Numbered from the whole stretch's first letter, positions 1 to 12,059 are shown. The stretch is DNA of 62,886 nucleotides, filler included, from Choristocarpus tenellus KU-1152 (GCA_964200185.2; 10 parts of 10 records of this genome joined end to end with filler, not necessarily neighbours in it), one strand, 5' to 3'. Made by a program: numbers and translations. Notes: generated from the letters alone by a model not told the origin.

Positions 1-1104
1 GGCAGAGGAGGACACTGAAGGATACATCCTCATAGAACCAGTCTTGGTGGTGCACATACACCCATACCTAATTCTTATATACTGGCGCACTTGATGTATG
101 TATCACATTGACACTTGGCAATCAATCCCCTCCCACGTTTTTGTCCTCACAAAGATACATCAACCATAATACAAAACACCACTATGCAATCACTTTGCAT
201 CTTTAATCTACATCCTCCAATCCAGTGCTAGAACATCTAGTCACTAGGTCTCATCTACAAAATGATGGGGGTTACTTGAGTTCAGGCCTTGAAAATGGAG
301 CGACATTGATCACATTCATAAGCAAAGCCCCCTGTTATCAAAATGACCAAACTCGACCCCCCTCAGGTATGAATGATTTGGTTCATTCATGACAACAGCA
401 GGGTGCATACGTTGTGGAAGCAGTCAGGGTATCAGTTGGAAGCAGTGGGTTTTAAGTTCAGCTCTACAATAGCTGGGCAGATGAACTACCACTACGTTCC
501 TTCTTTTAGATTTTGCTTGTTTCTTTGCCTTGGTCTTGGCTTCCATTTATCTTACTGCCTTCGGTCTCTCCTGTTGAATGTTGCATCTAGTGGTTGATTG
601 CATGCAGAAGCTTGCTTTCAATTCATTTTAGCAACCAAAAACACGTTTGGTCTTGCAACTACTCAGTACAAACCTCCGAACCTCCAAGAATCCGTCAGTG
701 ATGGCTAGTACCTGATGCATGTTACATACAGATGTGCGAATGATAATTCAATTTGGCAATTCCTCACCGGGAGGTCACAAGAAGGAGAGCTCAGAAATCA
801 GAGGGTTTGCACATTTACTTACAGTTTGATTGCAACGGCAAATCTTATGCCACCTCATCTGCTTGCGACAAGCCAGGTGCAAGTATCTTCTGTGCAAAAT
901 AGTTCAGAGTTTCTGAGTATCTCTTTTCTGCCCAAAAGTGACATCCCACCTACGCCGTAACATAGACTCAACCCTAGCACCAGTAAGTTTGTGTTGACAA
1001 TCTCAACTGCATGGTGTTGCACCTGAGCTTCCCTGCATGCCTTTTCTAATCCTTGCTCAGTTTTGGAGGGTCCTCTACAACTCTACCCAATTGAACATCA
1101 TGCT

Positions 1105-4100
1105 TCATACCACCTTCTTCACATTCTCCTCATTTGCTGCTCCCACACTACTCTCAAATGACAGCAATTTCTTCAGGTCGTCCTCCCCATTTGCTAAAGC
1201 AGTGGCAATGGCACTTGCAACAAGCATGGGGTTAAGATAGAGCAGCGCTGCAAGATTCAACACAGGGGAAAACATGGGAACAGGGGGGAGATGGGTTCGG
1301 ACGTGTTCAAGGTGAGATTGACTGTGCAAATGATCAGCCCTGCAAGGACCACTGAGGAAGCAACACCTTCTTGTTTGCACCAAGTCTTCCACAGTCAGTA
1401 CCTTCCCCAATATTAACACACTGAAAATGCATTGATTAGGCACAAGGCAAGCAGTCAAACAGGGTTAGGGGTAGGGTTAGGTGGTGTGTTCGAATCCACT
1501 CGAATAGGATGATGGACTGCCATTAGCACACCTCAGCACACTAGAGGTGTGACTTATTTCCCAGTTTGCTTCACAGGCAAGTACTTTGCATGCCTCGGGT
1601 TGATAGCTACTTCAATACGCAAAGTGGCACACCCCACCAAGACAATAACACAGTAAGACATTAAGACAATAAGAGGGAGTTCATCGCATTCAAAGGGTGG
1701 CGTTTAGGAGACATAAGCAAGATCTAATTGTGAAGTGGAACTCTAGTCCAGAGAGGACAAAGTGTGGAAAAGGTAAGCACAGGGTGATTTAAAGGCACAG
1801 GGTGAAATTCAACATGAACACGGGAATGAGCAGAAGTCATTAGCCATAACCCCAAACCCAAAATTGAGAGGTGAACTCCCTTGTTCCAAAGCAGCTTTTG
1901 ACTAAGAGGAAATCTGTATGTGATATTGAGGCTAAAGAATGCTTCCTCTGCACAATCTGTCCACACATCGTAACACAAATCAAAACTGGCATCAATCTTG
2001 TAAGTCATCAAAGTGAGCCACAACATTTTTATTAGTTGCTGTTGGAATTAGCAAGTGGACTCTCTTCAAATAACCGAGAAGTTAAATAATTAAATGATGC
2101 TTATCCCCGCCTTAACCCTAACCCTAACCCTAACCCTTTATCTGAAGTACAAAAAAGAGAAGCACAACAGAAGAGATGGCTATCAGCACACACGACTAAT
2201 GCCAGTGTAGAAGGCAGCCAACAACTACTCACCAGGTTGACCAGATTGAGAGAGGAGGTTGACCGCAAAGCACAGTCCAAGTCCCAGGGCATACGCCTTC
2301 ACACTGCTATCAAAATAAGAAAGTTTGCCCTTTGGCAAAACAGAAGCCCCCCTTGCTTTTGCTGTAGCATTTCCCCCCACTGAAGCCACTCTACCAGGCT
2401 TTCCAGAATCCCCTCCAGTCAAACCCCTTGGGGTACCCATCCAAGAGGCCGAGTTCAGAAACCATGCTGCTCCCTCTTTATCACTGGCCCATGGCCATGC
2501 CCCACCACTCTTCCGGTTCTTCTTGGCAAGGGCTGCCTCCGCCTCCCTTGCAGCTGTGGCCCGATCATCAGCCAGGAACGCATCGAATGTTCTAAAGTGG
2601 AGGGTTAGGGTTAGGGTTAGCTTCTTACAGGTAGGGAAAATGGTTGTTGAACAAAAAAGTTACAGGAGTACAATAGTCAGCAGGCCACATTGAACCAACA
2701 GGGCAAAAGTGCCATGCAATTTCTCCTACTCCTTGATAGCATCAACTCATGGGAGTGTTGCATTATTGCAAAATAGGCAGTGAGCTTACTCAGCACCAAC
2801 TCTTGCAGAAAGTCTGCAGTTTTGAGAAGGATGCGATCAGAACTGGCCTACTTGACCACAGTACCAAGTGAAGCATTCCACACACTTATCTGTGCTATTG
2901 TGAGAATGAACCTAACATATTCCTCGTACAATCAACGGCACACAACCATTGTCAACACACACTGAAAAATTCACGTTTTCCACAGGAGAAATATTGATAC
3001 AAAGCTATGCTAGTCTCCATCTTGACTCTCTTACTCCGAAGTAGTAGTCTTTCTCATAGTTGATCATCTTGACAGGTGGCACTACCTTCCCCTCCTATAC
3101 CTCAAGAGCAAAGTGACACCACCAACTTCACTAGATTCCACCAGTGTCTGCAGTCAGCTGGGTGACTATGAGAACTTCCTAACCCTAACCCTAACCACAC
3201 TACAAACGTGTATGTACACTGTCCATTCAACCACAGTGGCAGAGATACCTCATAAGGGTGCAAAAAGTAGCAGGGATGACAATGTCACCAAGGCCCAGCA
3301 CAGAGAAAGGATATGGCTTCATTGGCTCAGTGAAGACAGGGTATAAAAACTTGACAGGAGCCTCAATTTGGGTAGCCACAGTCATCTGCAAGCACCGAGT
3401 ACATGCAGTTGGCATGGTTAAGGGTATGGGTTAGAGGAAATGGAAAATAGACAAAAAAAAATACAGATATCGGAGACAGTCATGTGCTTGCAATGAGGAT
3501 GAACCTTGAAAAGGGGTGAGAAAAAGTATGATGAGCAAGTATTACCTTACCTGTTCCATCCATACTTACAGTCTGATAAGATACTCATGCATGAAAAAAC
3601 GATCTCATCACTGACGACAAAAGGTCAACAACTGTGTCACTCATGATCTTTTTTAAATACAATCTAAAACAGTAACAGCACTATTTCAAACTCTTGAAAG
3701 CAAGAGTCAAAAGGTTCAAATATTAACCAAGAAATCACTTGCCAGTCACAAACATGTTCTACGTTGTACTAATACATTGACTCTCCTTGAATAACTTGGA
3801 CACACAAGAGTAAAAAGTAATCCCATTTTTTTAACAGCAATTTTTTTTTAAGGTTAACAACAAACACCGGCCCTAAGATCAAAACTATTGACCAGTAAAA
3901 TTGGACCAGGATATCATCAGATGACATGCAGTACAATACGACTCATGTGCAGCACCAACTACTTCTTTAGTCCCCAAGTGCTTGTGTGGTGCAAGGGTGT
4001 TAGGGTCAGGGTTTAGTCCTCACTTACCATTACATCTGTACCAAACACCCAGTAGATATCGTACAAGAATAGTCCCCCCAGTAGCAGCAAGGCAGTGCGA

Positions 4101-7100
4101 AAACTCGAAATAGCGATGACTCCAATGCTCTACTCGTGAGCACCAATCAACATGTGTTATCAAACAAACAGTACGAATCAAGGGATCAACGTTAGGGTTA
4201 GGGTTATGCAGTGCTAGGTGTTAGAATGTACCTCATAGGAACAAGAACTGCTAGCAATGTATTTTCCACATTTGTCTCAAAACACTTGTTTGTGGGTTAG
4301 GGTTAGGGTTGGAAGTGTGGGCAAGCACAAGACACAACTTGAGACCACCTAGAAGATACTGTAAAGGGACATACGTCATACTGGCATAAACATGGTAAAT
4401 AAACACAGTTTAGAGTCTCCAGTTCATCCTATCATGCAGAATATGTACATATGATATCCTGAGAAATTCTTAGAAGATATTTACTATACAAGGCACACCA
4501 TACAACTTGTTTCAACGCACTAGGATAATGGCTGCAGATGGGGTCAATACACACCTAATCACAAAGAAATATAGACTGTCAGTTCAGCACCAAGGTTTCT
4601 CAGGTAGAGAAGTAAATAGACCATGAAAAGCATCAGCAAGAAGCAATATGCGCACTAAGCAATTTGTCCCACAGTACCCACAGAGCTGAACCCTAACCCT
4701 AGAGGGTAGACACCACTACAAAGCATAAGACTACGGAGGACACCAGATAAGGTACTTTAGCAGAAATTGTACCAGAACGTCAGACTCTCTCACGGGCCAT
4801 CTGTGAGAATCGGTCATGCATTTGACTAGATCAGGATAACAGCCACAAGGTACACCTCATATAGTCCGAAAAATGGAAAAAACATGCAACCCAACAAAGA
4901 ACAACCACAACAGGGGAATTTGAAACCACCATCAAGATACTCATGCAATCTCTCACTCACCCAGAATGATCGCCCTCACCTCTCACAACCAAAGTTAATA
5001 CATCTCACAACCAAAGTTAACAGTGGCAAGACTGTAAAGCTCAATGCCAATAATCCTCATACATCTAGAGCACTACATTCAAGCAACATACCTGCATGCC
5101 AATACACCATGCCAACACATTGGACACGACAAACTTGCTGGTTAGATCAACACCTGGGTTCAGGTACACAGCCCCAGCACACAGAGCTGACAGTAGCACA
5201 ATAATCTCTGACAAATCTGCCAAGGGCTGATCATCACCCTTCTTCGCCTTGTCCTGAGTAAAAGTTACATCCAAGACAACGAATCCACAGCAAATCACAT
5301 CAGTCAAATCCAATCAGTAGGTGGGAACAGCTCTTAACGGATGCAATAGATTATGCCCAGGACAGAGTAGTGTGGTGCATGTTCACAGTTTCATAGTTTC
5401 ACAAAAAAAATTATCTAGGTGTAAAGGGTTAGGGTCAGATGATACCCCTCATATGTATCTCGAACACTGTCTGAGCACAAATAAGATGTAGAATTAGGGT
5501 TAGGGTTACTTTGTGTGCCTGTCTGTCCGCCAAGTGCCCTCCCATGCATGGTGGAGTGTCCTGACTCTCTATCCCAACCCTAGCCAGCAGAGACATCCAA
5601 TCTAAGTTTGAACTTGTTCACATGAAAAGAATGGCTCAATGGGAGTATGCATGCAGGCATGGTATGGCATTGTATATGTCCTGTGACTCACCTCGTCATC
5701 AACAATAAGGTTGAACAGGCTATCCAGAGGACCAGAAACTGGCATTTCAGCGATACTCTTGGGAAGGACACTCTTCAATGCTGGCACCAGGATGGAAACA
5801 GCACTGCCAACACCAACAAAAGTGGTGATGTACTGCCAAGCAAGAAAAAGTCATTCAAACTCATTAAAAATCTTTCAAATTCTTGTGAAAACCTCTTGTC
5901 ACAACATATGCTACACACCAATCATACCAGCACTCCATACAACAAGAGTATCTGCAAGATCTCCGATCAAAAGCATGTGTCACATAAAATGATAAACATA
6001 AAATGATAAACATAAAATTATAAACCGTTACAAAGAGTAGTACATTACCATTGCAAGAAAGTAATCTATGTCATCCCCAAGGGTTAGGGTTAGGGAGTAT
6101 CGTTTCTTGTCATGAGTAGAAGGTAAAGTTAAGGGTGCAGGGGCAAAGCATATCGTCTAGAGATTTTGGTGCTTTGGGATGTTTGGACACTAACAAGGAA
6201 ATGTCCGCATACCATCATTTCTATGCCACGAGAATACTGCAATGGTCTGCACTCAAGGAGGGAGGCAGATTGTGGACACCCACATCTACACGGTGCTACT
6301 CTCTGCTGCAGGCGGTATCACTGCCATTAACACTCAGCAACATATGCAATGAAGTCAGCACCCCTCAACAAAACTATGTATTAAGCATAGTGTAAGTTAA
6401 ACTCAAGGTTAGGGTTAGGGTTAGGGTTAGGGTTAGGGTAGCTCAGTGTACGTTGAACTCTCGTCGACGACAGTTCTGCTATGTGGGCCTCTTGGTGGGG
6501 CATTGGGGGTCAGACAATCTTGTCTTCACCTGGTATACAATCCCAACACTGATGTCTGTGTAGCGGAGGATGGTGTAAATGCCAAGCAGCGAAATAGATG
6601 CAAGTATTGGTGCAGTGGCTGCTTGCTTGTTTGTGATGGCTGTGCGTTCCTGTTTGATGTAGTTTGGTCCAACACATTGTGTCGTTTTCATGCAATTGAA
6701 CAGTGACACACACACATATATATGCGGATGTATATATCAAGTTGTCGTTTTAAAATCAGATCAAAAAGGAAACACAGTTTCAAGTGCATCACTTGTCGGC
6801 ATTCCTGATCCAACTAAATTGTAGTCTTCTCAAACCAATACACAAACATGTAAACATTGGTGAGATGCAGAGAGCTTGGGAAGAACCCAAAGATCCAACT
6901 TAGTACCACCCAACTCATCCTGCCTTGCCTGGTCAACTATACGTGTAGCACAGTCCAGTTGTAACAACAGTCAAGAAAGATGGGCTAGTAAAAGGTCCTC
7001 ACCTCTGGAATGTCCTGTCTCTTGGAGCCGAGGTACACTGTGATCACGGCCAGCAGACCGAAGAAAATAAAGCTAGCGTATTTTTTGTGGGCAAAGAAAA

Positions 7101-7890
7101 GGGACCCGACCTGCAGTACCGCCACACCCAAATACCTGTTGAAGGCGGATAAGTCAATTTATCCACAACACTTCTCGGTGAGAGTGTTTAATGTACCTAC
7201 ACTATCCCTTGCAGATACTCCTATCGAAATATGTCAACCAACTCATCCATTACGCTCTAATTGCATGCTTCAACCTCATCATTTGTTTGAAGCCCTCCAC
7301 GAAAAAACAAAATGACAGGATTTTAGGTGTCCTGCAAGTAAATTTCATCGCAAAGATTAGACCGTGGCCGTCTCAACCTGTAGTTTAAACTCACAAGGCA
7401 GCATCCTCTGCGATCAGAGCACTTTCTACTGTAAGTGGATCTATCTTAGTATCCTCTGGTGAGCTTGCACTGGCCATCGACAACGGTCTTGCTGATCGAC
7501 TTCTCACTGCCTCCCATTGACACGTTGAAGTCCTCGGCAGCATCCTACAACAGCCAAGACAAGAAGTCATCAGTCATCAGATACGAGAAATGATGCGCAT
7601 GTGAAAGGTTGTGAAACAATGCCTTGCGCAAGAATCTTAGCAAGAATTTACCTTCATAAATAGTCCTGTGGTGCAGGGATGGCTTCCAAACACCATAAAA
7701 TCAATACATCACTTCACCTTACAGAGTAGGTTGTCCTCAAACTGTGGGAACGCATCGACGATGCTCTATTCGTCGGTAGCGCATTATTCAGGCTTACAAA
7801 AGCAAAATTTCCATGCGTGCTGACACGCTTAACCTTGGTGGCAGCGAGAGCGAGCGGGATGCCCACGAGGAGCACGGAGAAGACCCTCAT
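1105..7890 (-). CDS. SPP: Signal peptide peptidase-like GxGD intramembrane aspartyl protease (peptidase A22B), complete 10-exon gene, 539 aa
   Basis: Exons 7890-7718, 7544-7395, 7135-7003, 6649-6530, 5832-5692, 5253-5092, 4129-4028, 3385-3249, 2591-2233, 1247-1105. All introns are GT-AG with matching phases (1620 nt). Family motifs: GLFLYDIYWVFGTDVM (YD), FSVLGLGDIVIP (GxGD), GQPALLYL (PAL). N-terminal signal peptide followed by an S/T/R-rich segment; C-terminus KKVV. Confidence 0.93.
1461..6439. repeat. Cluster of short interstitial telomeric tracts, (TTAGGG)2-5 or (CCCTAA)2-4, in SPP introns
   Basis: Tracts at about 1461-1481, 2112-2136, 2601-2620, 3178-3197, 3416-3434, 3996-4016, 4192-4206, 4294-4310, 4690-4702, 5426-5437, 5495-5508, 6081-6094, 6408-6439. 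None is in an exon. Confidence 0.9.
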
Positions 7891-8028
7891 GTTCAACCAG
7901 AATGGACGGAGTCGACCTGACCTGGTTCCCAAACATGCCTCCCAAGTCTTGGCATTAAATGTAGGAACATGTTACAAAACATATTCAGTTCTTGTCCTGG
8001 CTTTGCGACTGCCTTTGCTGTGATCACC
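7891..8028. promoter_or_regulatory. Putative bidirectional promoter between two divergent start codons
   Basis: Only 138 bp separate the ATG of the SPP gene (7890, -) and the ATG at 8029 (+); the interval lies in a CpG-rich stretch. Confidence 0.6.
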
Positions 8029-9386
8029 ATGCACTGGAGATGGTCAATTATACTTTCGATGGTTGGGCTCCTAGGCACTGTGCATGCCTTCGTTATCCCG
8101 CTCTCGAGAAGCGGACGAATTCTTGTGGTTCCCCTGAGGCAAGCGGGAGCAGAGTCTAAACTGGAGGTAGACGGACCCTGTCCGGGTTATCCAAAATGCT
8201 CCGGAGAATACCGTGAAAAGGGGTGCGACGGAACCGGGAGGTATGTCTTTCCCTGCAAGCCAGCTCTATTTGATTGAATGCACTCCTGTGATACCCGCTC
8301 CAGCAAAAAGGCGTACTCCAGGTTTGGCGATGATGTGAATGCTGCTTGTACAACAACTTCAACAACAACGCCCCTGAGCCAACTCCTTCCTATTCCCGTA
8401 CAGGATAGTGGGGGGGGTAGGAGCATTTTTTGAATGGTGGCCCGTCAAGGCCTACAGACCCTGCCCTTCGTTCACCGCCGCAAAGTACAAGTATGACAGG
8501 CAGGGGCAGACCCTTAACGAGGCGAGTACGACCACCCTTAAATAGAGTTGAAGAGTAGACTCCTAACGTAATCTCTCACGAACTGTGTACATGCGGGGGG
8601 TGACTGATTTGACTGATAACAACCTTCACAACCTTCCGCAAGTTGAAGGTTCCTTGTATAGCAATGAATGTCTTAGAGTGTCACCTAACTGAAGAGGAAA
8701 CGCTTGGCAAAGAAGTCTTGGTGAAGGAAAGACTGAGTTAGCGGCTTTCTATCACCCCAATACGCACAGCAAGTTTCTGTTACACATGATGTCTCTGATC
8801 ACTCTTCTCGGAGTGTGCTTGGTCATCTCTCCACATGTGGTTTCTCCCATTATTGTTAGAGGGATGTCTTCCTCAGTTGGAGTGACTTGAATGCGTTGGT
8901 GACTGTAGTATATTTAGAGTTTTGCACATAGTGCTACGCCTGAGTTAGATGAGCAATGGTAGCCAAGGGTAGAGCAAAACCTATTCCTATTCAGTTCTAT
9001 GTTGCAAAGATAAAATGGTTGCAAATACTGCAATATTCCTGCACATGATAGCAATCTAGTATTTTGGGTGACTTCAACACTTGCAAACCTTTGCCTTATT
9101 ACATGTATCATACGGCCTCCCAGTAGGCACTAACAGCTGTAAGGTGTCCGCAACGGTTTTGAGTGATTTCTTTGTGCGATCAAAGAGGTCCAAAATTGTA
9201 GTGCTAGTATTTGAGAAAGTTCTTTCTAACCTCTTCACTGCCAAAACAACTTGGAAATTTCAGGTGGTGTTTGGGAGCGGCGGGGAAGATGAGGCCCCCA
9301 CAATCATTGACCGGATGGCAGGGTTTTCAGATGATGAGGAGATTGGTATAAAAGATCAGGAGGATATGGACAACCCCATTGATTGA
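8029..9386 (+). CDS. Small Cys-rich, probably plastid-targeted conserved protein (CDGTGR...WWPVKAYRPCP...RQGQ type), 3 exons, 150 aa
   Basis: Exons 8029-8240, 8404-8521, 9264-9386 (453 nt, phases match). Signal peptide ends VHA-F, an ASAFAP-like motif. The core KGCDGTGRIVGGVGAFFEWWPVKAYRPCPSF..Y.RQGQTLNEVVFG resembles, from memory, an uncharacterised plastid protein family of algae and plants. Intron 2 has a GC donor (GAG|GCGAGT). Confidence 0.82.
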
Positions 9387-9992
9387 GTGTGGAGAATATA
9401 CTTGGATCAATGCTGGAGCCGAGCTCACATTGGGTTGTTCTGACAAGAACGATGCTGCTTGGACTTTTTTTGTTACATACGTTCATAGACTCTGGAAATA
9501 GAATCGTTATGACTTAAGAGAAACACGCAACACAGTACTGTTCAATGAAAATATATTGGGCAGAAGTGTCTGGACTGTTGCCAGGATTGGGTTAAGGGAC
9601 AGTAACATGCTCTGTTGATGGCATTTCAAGACCAGAGTGCTTTTGTCCTTTTGGGGGAGTAAGACAGTGAGCATTATACTGTGATAGGTTTAATGCAAAG
9701 TGAGGTATGATGAAATTGTGTGGTACACCAATTAGGGACCTGAAATTTTTTCGTGAAGGCTCTCTAATGTGCTGATGAAATCACACTTGTGTGAAGGCAA
9801 GTTGTATCACCTTTGACCAGATAGGATACTATAAGTATTTGATGTGCTTATTTGTGAGAGCAGGATATGGGGATTAGCACACTGTGGCAAGATTATGTGT
9901 GTCCATTCAGGCCTTCACAACACGAAAAAAATATATTTCCACCGCCTTACCTTGTGTGAGGATTCTCTTGCATTTGAGCTTTTTGTGAAGGG

Positions 9993-10033
9993 ATCTTCAG
10001 TAAGGGTTAACCCTAACCCTAATCTTCAGTAAG
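9993..10033. repeat. Head-to-head telomeric insert flanked by a 12-bp direct duplication
   Basis: ATCTTCAGTAAG (9993-10004) + GGTTAACCCTAACCCTA (10005-10021) + ATCTTCAGTAAG (10022-10033). Confidence 0.85.
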
Positions 10034-12059
10034 CAGCTCATGTCTACAGTAGCTTCTACTCTCCTCACTCGTATAATAGTAAGCACAACATTATGTTTTT
10101 ATCATTGTCAGGTTACCACACCACAGTCTCTCCCTAATAAAAAAAAGCAAAGGTCCAGGTCTGGATCTGGACATATCTCTTTACATTAGATGGAATATTA
10201 GTAGATAATTTAGAAACATGTTCAGAATTCCAAGAGCAGGATAGGATTGGATTGAGGGGTTTCCTTTGGTTTGACTTACCCCAACTGACTATTCATTCTG
10301 TCCTGTTGACTCTTCTTGTGCACCTGTGCCTTCCCCCCCATAGATGTTGTCTACCCTCACCCCCAATAACAAGGAAATCAACTGCCCTATATTGATGTAG
10401 GAGTATGATGAATGGATGGACTTTATATGAATTGGTGATAATACTGAGCCTGAAGAGTAGGCTTCCACTGTGGTGGGACACAGCACAACAATAATACTAC
10501 GGGAGAGACAATAGAAATCTGGAGGAATATTTTTTTGATGCATGCTACATCTCCAACACATGGGAATATGACGAAGTATTGAGCAGCTGAACACACAAGA
10601 CAAAAAAATGACCTGATTCGCTGATAATTTCACCACAAGAGCAACCAAACAATGGATCCTACACCATTATAGCTACCATTATTACCATATGCGACATATA
10701 GAGATATACTCGTGTCGTCAACCCGTAAGTCATTGAAGTAGCCTATCGATAAGACGCGTTTTTCCTCCTCCACATGATCGAACTCTGCAATAATGGTGTA
10801 CTATTTATGGCATACTTTAAAGCAAGTATATGGTGTACCATCATAAGATGCTGCTGTACAGCTGACGTTCTCCAGAATGTGGAGCCTAACGTTACCATTT
10901 GTAGATTTGCAGAACTCCAGCAGAATGCCCCATCCGCAATTTTCCCCGTGGGAGGTAAAAGCAGTGTGTTCAAGAAACGTTCTAGAACTGTGTTCGAGTC
11001 TGAAAATGTCGTTTACCCTAATTACCTTGCAAGTTCGATGAAATGGATACATTGAGAGGTAGGAATATGAAGGAGAAATGCTGTGCATTATATTCCTATC
11101 CCACCAATAATTGAGTTTGTTGAACTTTGTCGTATCAGAAGGTTAACTTTTCCACCTTACACTTGTTCTCCCCGATTCAGCAGATAGATCTAAGGTTTGA
11201 ACCTAGTACGAAATACTCCATTGTTACACTTCAACAATCCTTCAATGACCCACAGAACGCTTGCTCTTGAAGAACATTTTTTTTTATATTTTATGAAAAA
11301 TCTGTATGTAGCGTATCTTCCTCATGCATCCTCTAGGGGGCAATGAACACTAAAGGAGCCTAAACGAAACAATGTAATGGCATGTGGGGGTACAATTGGG
11401 AGTGAGGGGCATTTTGTACGTTTCGGCTAACACACACCCAGCAACTTGAAAGACTTGTCTGCTGTCATTTTCCGGAGGTAAGATGTATTCTGGAAAACTT
11501 GAGAAGCTAAATAAACACGTACCCTTTTTAACCTCTCTCCTGATTGGAGCAGTGAGGCAGAGAAAGAAAACAGGAAACATTCCCTGGTATATTGAACACA
11601 ATTTTATTTATATATATATGCATAGGTATAGATACAGGCATGTATGTGTATAATACACATACAAAGACGGACATAACTCTGTGTGCATGTGGATATATAC
11701 ACATAGCACAATTTATGATTATTTAGTAGGTAAGAATTTCAGGAGTATGTCAGACTCCGCATGATCAAGTGCCCAGGCGAGAAAGGTATTATACCCACCA
11801 CAATATTGTGAACTGTGGGACTGTTGTGAAATTGTATTACACATAACTCAGGATCTGTTGAGTCCTGGGTTGCTCATTGAACCCAGAGAGACATTTCATA
11901 GAGATCGTTTTTTTGGCTGTCGAGTTCTGCAAGATCAAACTGAAATGGAATGTTCTCATGTGTACTATAGTTTGTTGCTGGTAGGGAGCTTGTTAAATTT
12001 GTCCTGATCTTGTGCCATGTTGTAAATGTGTGCACGCTATGCTACCATGTTTAGGCGTG

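Noticed and set aside
6408-6439. (TTAGGG)5 as a true chromosome end or misjoin
   Set aside because: It lies inside an intron of a gene whose exons continue in phase on both sides.
7652-7665. Possible 14-nt micro-exon in SPP intron 1 (CAG|GACTATTTATGAAG|GTAAAT)
   Set aside because: Inclusion breaks the frame or adds a stop; exon 1 joins exon 2 in phase without it.
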